Source: an uncultured Eubacteriales bacterium
GTDB taxonomy: Bacteria > Bacillota > Clostridia > Christensenellales > UBA1242
DNA length: 64,000 nt
NCBI GenBank assembly: GCA_902476355.1
Contig: CABSCS010000008.1
Span: 8,868-72,867 of the forward strand
Reading direction: 5' to 3'
Shown: piece after piece, positions 38,051 to 45,313 of the stretch
How positions within the stretch are numbered: the first letter of the stretch is position 1
Layout: each line of letters opens with the position of its first letter
Position numbers and translations under genes: made by a program
The notes under the pieces: generated by a model
The model's database searches: none
What the model saw: the letters and a program-made list of their open reading frames with translations, nothing else
Told to the model about the DNA's origin: nothing

Positions 38051-39268
38051 ATGTCTGATGAAAATCAAATTAAAGAACTTGAAAATTTTATGATGAATAT
38101 TGACGAACTTGACAAGTTGTCAAAATATCAAAACGAAGTGAACTTTTTTGAAATTACGGGAATGGTTTCAAAAGAGATAAAGCACAGCAACTTTTTGGCA
38201 TGGCTTTTCAATGTAAATGCAAACCACGGGATTGGTGATAAATTTATTCGCAAGTTTATGCAAAAAGTTATGAAAGAAAATCAAGGTTCAAAAGCGATAA
38301 ATTCGGATATTCTTCATTTGTCTCTGCTTGATTATGACACATTCATGATAAAAAGAGAGTGGAAAAATATTGATATTTTCATGGTTTCAGACGAGGAAAA
38401 ATATACAATTACAATTGAAAACAAAATCTATGCATCTGAAAGACAAAATCAAACACTTGATTATAGAAGTAAAGTTGAACCAATTTATAAAGGATACACA
38501 AACATTTATATTTTTTTAACCATTGATGGTTTGCAGGCGCAAGACAGCGAATATTGGTGCAATGCCAACTATTATATGGTTGTTGAGGCAATTGATGAGA
38601 TCTTGAAAGAAAATCCAAATCTTTCAGATGACGTGAAATTGCTTTTGAAAAATTATGTTTCAATGTTAAGGAGAGATATTATTATGGATAAAGATATTGA
38701 AAAAATTTGTAATGAAATTTATAAAAAATATAAGGTCGCGCTTGATTTGATTTATCAATATCGCCCAGACGAAGTTGCTTCTATTTCAGATTTTATTATG
38801 GATTTTCTTGAAAAGAATGCCGAAAAATATAATGTTATTTTTGACAGAGATAATTGCTCAAAAGCATATGTTCGTTTTACAACAAAATATATGAACAGTC
38901 TTGTTCCGAAAAACAATGATTTGAGTTATGGTTGGAAAAATGGCTGTGGATTTTTATATGAAATTGAAATTCTGGGCAATTATAAATCACAATGTCTTGC
39001 ATCCATTAGTGATGCATCAAACCCTGTTTGTGTTGAGATTTTTAAAATTGCTCAAAAGAACCATAAAAAGTTTAACATTTTGCATAAAAATAACGAAACT
39101 CCAAATCAGTGGGCAAGGGTATTTAGGTCAAATATAATTCTTGACAAAGAACAAATTCAAAACGGTTTGGAAGAGTGCGAAGATGTGCTTGTAAGGCACC
39201 TTGATAAACTTCTTTCAGAAGAAATCCCAGCATTTGAAAACTGTATTAAAGAAAATTTGTCAATTTAG
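38051..39268 (+). CDS. PD-(D/E)XK nuclease-superfamily protein (PDDEXK_4-like N-terminal domain plus uncharacterised C-terminal domain)
   Basis: FFEITGMVSKEIKHSNFLAWLFNVNANHGIGDKF, then NIDIFMVSD...ITIENKI (D...E-x-K). ATG at 38051, 9 nt after the AGGAG RBS. Confidence 0.6.
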   Translation: MSDENQIKELENFMMNIDELDKLSKYQNEVNFFEITGMVSKEIKHSNFLAWLFNVNANHGIGDKFIRKFMQKVMKENQGSKAINSDILHLSLLDYDTFMIKREWKNIDIFMVSDEEKYTITIENKIYASERQNQTLDYRSKVEPIYKGYTNIYIFLTIDGLQAQDSEYWCNANYYMVVEAIDEILKENPNLSDDVKLLLKNYVSMLRRDIIMDKDIEKICNEIYKKYKVALDLIYQYRPDEVASISDFIMDFLEKNAEKYNVIFDRDNCSKAYVRFTTKYMNSLVPKNNDLSYGWKNGCGFLYEIEILGNYKSQCLASISDASNPVCVEIFKIAQKNHKKFNILHKNNETPNQWARVFRSNIILDKEQIQNGLEECEDVLVRHLDKLLSEEIPAFENCIKENLSI

Positions 39269-39285
39269 TTTTGGTGAAAAATAAA

Positions 39286-39319
39286 TAAAAAAGTCCAGAT
39301 ATTTGTTTGGACTTTTTTT
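39286..39319 (+). terminator. Rho-independent terminator
   Basis: A6-AGTCCA-gatatttgtt-TGGACT-T7. Confidence 0.75.
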
Positions 39320-39427
39320 GTTGTATTGTTTTTCTAAAACGTAATTGCTTATATTTGTACAGATAATATGATATTTTCATTAATCACTTTGCGTAAGCAA
39401 AATATCATTCCCAAAGGAATTATTTTT

Positions 39428-39461
39428 ATAAAATTAAAGAGAAGTCAAACGATTTCTCTTT
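39428..39461 (-). terminator. Hairpin plus short T-run after element copy 2
   Basis: On the minus strand: AAAGAGAA-atcgtttgac-TTCTCTTT followed by AATTTT. Confidence 0.45.
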
Positions 39462-39471
39462 TTATTTTACT

Positions 39472-39596
39472 TGGTGCGAGGAAAGGGGCGACGCGTTAAG
39501 AAAAGTGTTGATAACACTTTTTAGCCAAAGCCGGGGAGAACATGAAATGTTCGGTCTGGAACCGACAGGTTTTGAACCCAAAAGGGTGTAAAGTCA
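39472..39596 (-). ncRNA. Unclassified tRNA-linked structured element, copy 2 (5' boundary uncertain)
   Basis: Same block order as 2030-2155. Hairpins AACC-tgtc-GGTT, GAACAT-ttc-ATGTTC and AAAAGTGTT-atc-AACACTTTT. Starts with GGGTTCAA. The last 16 nt, CCCTTTCCTCGCACCA, are identical to the tRNA-Leu 3' end. Confidence 0.5.
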
Positions 39597-39614
39597 CTTT
39601 TATATTTTTGCATG

Positions 39615-39644
39615 AAAAAAGAGAGGATTGTTCCTCTCTTTTTT
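39615..39644 (-). terminator. Rho-independent terminator after tRNA-Leu
   Basis: On the minus strand: A6-GAGAGGA-acaa-TCCTCTC-T6. Confidence 0.8.
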
Positions 39645-39651
39645 GTTGTAT

Positions 39652-39736
39652 TGGTGCGAGGAAAGGGACTTGAACCCTTACGACTCTCATCACTTGCCCC
39701 TTAAACAAGCGCGTCTGCCTATTCCGCCACCCTCGC
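39652..39736 (-). tRNA. tRNA-Leu, class II, anticodon reads AAG in the canonical 7-nt loop; CCA encoded
   Basis: GCGAGGGTGGCGGAATAGGCAGACGCG-CTTGT-TTAAGGG-GCAAG-T-GAT-GAGA-GTC-GT-AAGGG-TTCAAGT-CCCTT-TCCTCGC-ACCA. The D-arm is near-identical to E. coli tRNA-Leu. Confidence 0.9.
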
Positions 39737-39748
39737 ACAAGTGAACCT

Positions 39749-39777
39749 ATTATATGTCATAATTTTGATTTTGTAAA
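39749..39777 (-). promoter_or_regulatory. Sigma-A promoter for tRNA-Leu
   Basis: On the minus strand: TTTACA, 17-nt spacer, TATAAT, ending ~12 nt before the tRNA 5' end. Confidence 0.6.
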
Positions 39778-39879
39778 GTGTTTTTTATATTTTTTTATTT
39801 TTTATTGTTAGATTTTAAATGACAAGCGTCGTTTAATTTGGTAAAATATTTAAAGGTATCAATATTTTAAGGAGTTATA

Positions 39880-42633
39880 ATGGAAACTAAAACTATTTTA
39901 ACCAAGAAACAAAAATGGCTTAAAGTTTTGGAATATTCTTTGCCGGCTTTGATTTCGATTTTTGTTTATCTTATTGCAATGGTCTGCAAGGGGATTGCAC
40001 CATTTGGCAAGGAGTCAATTTGTTATATTGATTGCAGTGACGGACTGATTCCTGCATATACAGGACTTTGGGACTGGCTTCACGGAAAGGGCAGTTTCAT
40101 GGTTTCGTTTAATCTTGGAGCAGGTGGAAGCCTTTTTTCAAGTTTTGTTTTAAACGGATTTTTATCACCAATAAGTTGGCTTATTGGAATTTTCCCAAGA
40201 GATTATATCATGACGGGAATTTCGCTTTTGTTCATTGTGCGTTTGGCACTTATGGCAACAACGGCATATTTCTGTTTTAAAAGATTTTTCCCAAAAATCA
40301 ACCAATGGATTTTGCTTATGTTTGCAATTGTTTGGACATTTTCGGGTTGGACAATGGTTCACTTTACAAACATTGGTTGGCTTGACCTTATGATTTTGTT
40401 TCCACTTTTGATTTTGTCTGCAAAAGAACTTGTTGAAAATGGAAAGATTTTCTGGTTTGTTATTGTGCTTTCATATATGCTTATTTTGAGTTATTATATC
40501 ACATATATGGTTTTGGTTGGAACCGTTGTTGTTGCAACTGTATATGTTTTCACAGCATGCGAGAAATCTAAAAGAATGAAAGTTGCATCAAATCTTTTCT
40601 ATGCAATCTTTATCAGCCTTCTTATCAGCATGGTTACATTTATTCCATCAATGGTGACATCACTTGGCGGACATCGTTTTTCTGGTGGAACTGATTATGG
40701 AAGAAGTGAACTTTATCGTTACTTTTTCAGCAAACTTGCTGTTATCATTATGTATGCGCTTCCAGTTGTGTTCTTCATGCGACTTATGCTTAAATATAAA
40801 CAAGACAAAAGAAATGTATTATTCTTTATGCTTTCGTTTGTAATTTGTGGCGCTGGTCTTATTATTGAACCAATCAACAAAATGTGGCACACAGGAAGTT
40901 ACTATAGCTTTCCACTTCGCTATGGCTTTGTTTTGATTATGATCATGATCATGGGGTCGCTTTACTATATCAACAAATATCTTCTTGATGAAAAGCAAAC
41001 CGCAAATGTAAAACCTGCAAAAGAAGTTGCTGAAAAGCCAGCAGAAGGAGAGATTGTTTCAGAAAAACCAAAGAAAAAAAGATTTTTCAATGCTGTGCAA
41101 TCTTTGCTTCCAGTGTTTCTTATTTTTTCGGTTGGAATGATAATTTGTTGCATGCTTTTTGGAATTGATGTTCAACTTTTGAGGGCTGTTGGCTTTGTTG
41201 GCTTTGCTTATTATTTCTTGATGTTTGCATTTTCATATGTAGCAATTGAACTTGCACTTCGAACAAAAGACAAACGCCTTGAATTTGGAAAAATAAAGGG
41301 TGGGGTTTTGATTTTCACTTTGTGTATGCTTCAAGTTGTTATGCTTATGGTTGGATATCTTGGATCTCCAATTGTTGACAAAATTGATACAACAACTCGT
41401 GTTCAAAACGCATTTTATATCGACACAAAAGATTTGGAAAATGGCTATAAACTTAAAGACAGAGAAATGCTTTATAACTATAACTTTGCATATCTTACTG
41501 ACTATGCTTCAATGAGCACTTGGATTCACATTTCAAGTGAAGAGCAATATCAAGCATATCATCATTTGGGATATAACACTCGTTCAACAGTTTTATATTC
41601 TGCTGGTGGAACCTATATGACCGACCTTTTGCTTGGCAACCGTTATGTTCTTTCAAAAGAAACTTTGGATGATGATTATTATACTTTTATCAAAGAGTTT
41701 GACTATGAAAACGACGAAACCAAAAAAATGGAAAAAGTTAAACTTTATGAACTTGCACTTGAAGCGAAAAGTGCTTTCACAACAAATGTTGATCTTTCAA
41801 CTGTTCTTGCAGACAAAACTGACCTTGTTGAAATTCAAAACATCATCTATAAAGCAATTTTCAGCCAAACAACCGACATTATGAAAAAACTTTCAGTTGG
41901 AGTTGTTGAAGATGCAGAAAATGACAGATTTATTGTTTCTGTATATTCATCAATTGGAAAAATGCTTTATACTGTTACTGATGGCGAGGCTGAAATTTTG
42001 GTTAATGGCGAAACAAAAAAGATTCTTTCAGGGCTCAATGACTTTGGTGTAAACGTTACAAACGACATTGAGTTTGTGATTGAAAGAAATGAAATAAACG
42101 AAACCGCTTTTGGAAAGAACTTTACAAAAGAAGACATTGTTTCAAAACTTGCCTTTGCAGATTTTGACATTGCAACTTTCAAAATGATTTATGAAAACTA
42201 CTTCTTGACAAGCAATGTTAACCTTGAAACAACAAAAGACAAAATCAACATTTCTTTTGACAACACAACTGGTCAAAAATATCTTTTTGTTCCATATGTG
42301 AACCTTGCAAATATGAACGCAACTGTAAACGGAAAACAAGTTGAAGTTAAAAATGCGTTCTACAATTTCATGACTTTTGAAATTGAAAGTGAAACCAACA
42401 ATATCACAATTTCATATTCACCAAAACTTGTGAAACCTTGCTTGTTTATTACAATTGGTGCAATTGTTTTGTTTGTGCTTTTCAGCATTTTGAATGCATA
42501 TTTCAAACTTTCTGAAAAGAAATTTGTGATTTGGGTTGGAACAATTGGTGCTTGCGTAATTTTGCTTGCAGTTGGTTTCCTTGTATATTTGAAACCATTC
42601 TTTAACACTTTTGTTATTCTGTTTAAAGGTTGA
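39880..42633 (+). CDS. YfhO-family polytopic membrane protein (putative glycosyltransferase)
   Basis: 917 aa. More than 12 N-terminal TM helices, a large extracytoplasmic C-terminal domain and a terminal TM pair. This architecture is typical of YfhO. Confidence 0.65.
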   Translation: METKTILTKKQKWLKVLEYSLPALISIFVYLIAMVCKGIAPFGKESICYIDCSDGLIPAYTGLWDWLHGKGSFMVSFNLGAGGSLFSSFVLNGFLSPISWLIGIFPRDYIMTGISLLFIVRLALMATTAYFCFKRFFPKINQWILLMFAIVWTFSGWTMVHFTNIGWLDLMILFPLLILSAKELVENGKIFWFVIVLSYMLILSYYITYMVLVGTVVVATVYVFTACEKSKRMKVASNLFYAIFISLLISMVTFIPSMVTSLGGHRFSGGTDYGRSELYRYFFSKLAVIIMYALPVVFFMRLMLKYKQDKRNVLFFMLSFVICGAGLIIEPINKMWHTGSYYSFPLRYGFVLIMIMIMGSLYYINKYLLDEKQTANVKPAKEVAEKPAEGEIVSEKPKKKRFFNAVQSLLPVFLIFSVGMIICCMLFGIDVQLLRAVGFVGFAYYFLMFAFSYVAIELALRTKDKRLEFGKIKGGVLIFTLCMLQVVMLMVGYLGSPIVDKIDTTTRVQNAFYIDTKDLENGYKLKDREMLYNYNFAYLTDYASMSTWIHISSEEQYQAYHHLGYNTRSTVLYSAGGTYMTDLLLGNRYVLSKETLDDDYYTFIKEFDYENDETKKMEKVKLYELALEAKSAFTTNVDLSTVLADKTDLVEIQNIIYKAIFSQTTDIMKKLSVGVVEDAENDRFIVSVYSSIGKMLYTVTDGEAEILVNGETKKILSGLNDFGVNVTNDIEFVIERNEINETAFGKNFTKEDIVSKLAFADFDIATFKMIYENYFLTSNVNLETTKDKINISFDNTTGQKYLFVPYVNLANMNATVNGKQVEVKNAFYNFMTFEIESETNNITISYSPKLVKPCLFITIGAIVLFVLFSILNAYFKLSEKKFVIWVGTIGACVILLAVGFLVYLKPFFNTFVILFKG

Positions 42634-42725
42634 TTGTGCAAAATATACGAGAATTAAATATGTCGAACATATGTTTGACATATTTTTTCTTTTGTGCTAT
42701 TTTTATGATATATGAGGAAAAGGGT

Positions 42726-43313
42726 ATGAGTGTTGAAATTCAAGAAAACATTTTTAAAAGTTCGAACATTGCTTTCTTTGAAAAAATGAGCAAAAGTGAA
42801 CTTGAAACATTTTTGAAAAACATTGGCGGAAAAACAATTTGCTTTACTGGGCATAGGCCAAACCATTTGCCATGGGGATATAATGAAGATTGCGACATGT
42901 GCAAAGAGTTTAAAGCAAAACTTTTAAATCTGGTTGCTATTTGCGCAAAGTGTGGGTTTGAAACATTTATAAGCGGTGTTGCTTTGGGGTTTGACACTTT
43001 TGCTTGCGACAGTGTTCTTGCTGTTAAAAATAAAATGCCAAATGTTGACCTTGTGCTTGCAATTCCATGCAAAAATCAGCCTGAAAAATGGGGCGAGGTG
43101 GACAAACAACGCTATAATGATATTCTTTCAAGAGCAAACCCAGTTTTCGTTTCAACAAACTATTATCAAGGTTGCTTCATAAAAAGAAATCACTTTATGG
43201 TTGACAAGGCAGACCTTGTGATTGCGTGCTTTGACAATCAGAAGGGTGGAACAAAATCCACGGTTGATTATGCCTTGAAAAAGAACAAAAACATTTTGTT
43301 TATAAAGCCATAG
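42726..43313 (+). CDS. DUF1273 / YpsA-like SLOG-fold protein
   Basis: ICFTGHRPNHLPWGY..., GFETFISGVALGFDTFA, LAIPCKNQPEKW, KRNHFMVDKADLVIACFD..KGGTKSTVDYA. Start set at the ATG at 42726 after a GAGGAAAAGGG RBS. Confidence 0.65.
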   Translation: MSVEIQENIFKSSNIAFFEKMSKSELETFLKNIGGKTICFTGHRPNHLPWGYNEDCDMCKEFKAKLLNLVAICAKCGFETFISGVALGFDTFACDSVLAVKNKMPNVDLVLAIPCKNQPEKWGEVDKQRYNDILSRANPVFVSTNYYQGCFIKRNHFMVDKADLVIACFDNQKGGTKSTVDYALKKNKNILFIKP

Positions 43314-43375
43314 TTTCAAATTTTTTGTCACAAACTATTGACAAGAAAAAATTTTTGATATATTTTGAAAATATG

Positions 43376-43405
43376 TTTGACTTTCTTTGACCTTTGTGTT
43401 ATAAT
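43376..43405 (+). promoter_or_regulatory. ctsR promoter with overlapping CtsR operator
   Basis: TTTGACTTTCTTTGACC (complement GGTCAAA-GAA-AGTCAAA). TTGACT serves as -35, 17-nt spacer, TATAAT at 43400-43405. Confidence 0.8.
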
Positions 43406-43456
43406 GAGTTCGTTAAAACAGAAAAAAGGGATATAAAGTTAGATAAAGGAGAAGTT

Positions 43457-43921
43457 ATGGCAAACATAAGCGATATTATTGAACAGTTCATTTTAAAGAC
43501 AATGGGAGATGATGAAAGTGTTGACATTTCAAGAAACGAACTTGCAAGTTTCTTTTCGTGTGCACCAAGTCAAATCAACTATGTTCTTGAAACAAGATTC
43601 ACAATTGATAAAGGTTTTGTGAAAGAAAGTCGTCGTGGTGGCGGGGGCTTCATAAAAATCAGCAAAATCAATCTTGATAACGATGAATATGTTAGCAATC
43701 TTATTTTGGAAAGTGTTGGAGATGAACTTTCGCAAAAGCGCCTTTCTCAAATTTTGGACAAACTGAAAAATGAAAACATCATTTCTCAAAAAGAAAAAGA
43801 AATCATTTTCAGTGCGCTTTCAGATTCTTCACTTGCAATGCCATTTACAATCAAAGACAACATTCGTGCAAAATCGTTTAAAAATGTGCTTACAACGCTT
43901 ATGAAACAAAAGGAGGAATAA
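43457..43921 (+). CDS. ctsR: Class III stress-gene repressor CtsR
   Basis: MANISDIIEQFI..., SRRGGGGFIKI glycine loop. Start at the ATG after an AAAGGAGA RBS. Confidence 0.9.
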   Translation: MANISDIIEQFILKTMGDDESVDISRNELASFFSCAPSQINYVLETRFTIDKGFVKESRRGGGGFIKISKINLDNDEYVSNLILESVGDELSQKRLSQILDKLKNENIISQKEKEIIFSALSDSSLAMPFTIKDNIRAKSFKNVLTTLMKQKEE

Positions 43922-43922
43922 A

Positions 43923-44303
43923 ATGTTTATAAATCCACTTATTTCGGCTCAAAACAACTTGCAACAGGTTAAACAAGACTGGAACAGTGACTTTAATCAA
44001 ACCGAAACACTTGTTTGCAGAAAATGCGGAACAACGCTTGACGATTTTTTGCACACAGGCTTTGTTGGTTGCTTTGAGTGTTATAAAACATTTTATCCAT
44101 ATTTAAAAGACTTTGCTATTGATGTTCACGGAAGGTGTGTTCACACCGGAAAAGTTCCTTCAAAAGAAGCAACGAAAGCAGCGAAAAAACGTGAAATTGC
44201 AAGACTTTTTGAACAAGAACAAAAGGCTGCTCAAAACCGTGACTACATTCTGGCAAACCAACTTAAAGAAAGAAGAGAACGTTTGGCGGAGGAGATTTCA
44301 TGA
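43923..44303 (+). CDS. mcsA: McsA (zinc-finger / UVR-motif activator of McsB)
   Basis: CRKCGT...CFEC...C-x-H cysteine clusters, C-terminal UVR-like helix. Positioned between ctsR and mcsB. Confidence 0.8.
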   Translation: MFINPLISAQNNLQQVKQDWNSDFNQTETLVCRKCGTTLDDFLHTGFVGCFECYKTFYPYLKDFAIDVHGRCVHTGKVPSKEATKAAKKREIARLFEQEQKAAQNRDYILANQLKERRERLAEEIS

Positions 44304-45304
44304 CAGATTCAAATGTAATTTTATCATCGCGAATTCGCCTTGCAAGATGTCTTTCGGGCTTCATTTTTCCAGGCAAGATGAGTGAAAAATCGGGATATGA
44401 GGTGATAAACCAAGTGTCATCGGTTGTGCTTCCTCTTGGAGACTATAAGTTGTTCACAATGGAGCAACTTCCAGCGCTTGATGCCGAAGTGATGCAAGAA
44501 AAACATCTCATTTCAACAAAACTTCTCAACAACAAAGAAAGTGGAGCGGTGATTTTGTCTGATGACGAAACCGTTTCTATAATGGTCAATGAAGAAGACC
44601 ACATCCGTGCGCAGTGTTTCTTGAAGGGTTTATCGCTTGACAAAGCCTATCAGATTTTGTCTGCGATTGATGACAAACTGATTGAAAAACTTGATGTTGC
44701 ATATGATGTAACCTATGGGTTTTTGAACAGTTGCATCACTAACATTGGCACGGGAATGCGCGCATCAGTAATGATGTTTTTGCCAGCACTTACAATTTCA
44801 AACAAAATTGAAGACGTGATTTCAATGCTCAAAAGCCAAGGGCTCACAGTTCGTGGGGTTTTTGGAGAGGGCAGTGAGGCACTCAGTTATATTTATCAAA
44901 TTTCAAACGCCCGCAGTCTTGGGGTTCAAGAAAAAGAAATCATTCAAAAAGTGACCGAGTGTGCAATTAAAGTTGCAAACTTGGAACTTGAGGAAAGAGA
45001 CATTCTTGTTCGCGAAAAACAATTTGAACTTAAAGACCGAGTTTTCAGAGCCTATGGAATTTTGACAAATGCATTTTTGCTTTCGGCTGGCGAGTTTATG
45101 AAATATATCGGCGAAGTGAAAATGGGTGTTTGTCTTGGATTTTTAAAGTTCAGTGACAATGCACTTATCGACAGGCTTTTGTTTGATGCTCTTCCTTCTA
45201 GTCTTACGAAAATTGCAAAACAAGAAGCGCTTTCTGAGACCGAAGAAAAAACAACAAGGGCAAAATTTGTTGCAAAAACCCTTCTGAATTTAAGAATTAA
45301 ATAG
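44300..45304 (+). CDS. mcsB: Protein-arginine kinase McsB
   Basis: Phosphagen-kinase core NEEDHIR, TNIGTGMRASV, RGVFGEGSEA. Confidence 0.9.
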   Translation: MTDSNVILSSRIRLARCLSGFIFPGKMSEKSGYEVINQVSSVVLPLGDYKLFTMEQLPALDAEVMQEKHLISTKLLNNKESGAVILSDDETVSIMVNEEDHIRAQCFLKGLSLDKAYQILSAIDDKLIEKLDVAYDVTYGFLNSCITNIGTGMRASVMMFLPALTISNKIEDVISMLKSQGLTVRGVFGEGSEALSYIYQISNARSLGVQEKEIIQKVTECAIKVANLELEERDILVREKQFELKDRVFRAYGILTNAFLLSAGEFMKYIGEVKMGVCLGFLKFSDNALIDRLLFDALPSSLTKIAKQEALSETEEKTTRAKFVAKTLLNLRIK

Positions 45305-45313
45305 GAGATTATT

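Noticed and set aside
28488-43313. A prophage, ICE or transposon accounting for the variable block between polA and ctsR.
   Set aside because: No integrase, transposase, relaxase, or phage structural or replication genes are recognisable, and I saw no long terminal inverted repeats. Only the tRNA-Leu-linked 16-nt direct repeat hints at past site-specific recombination.
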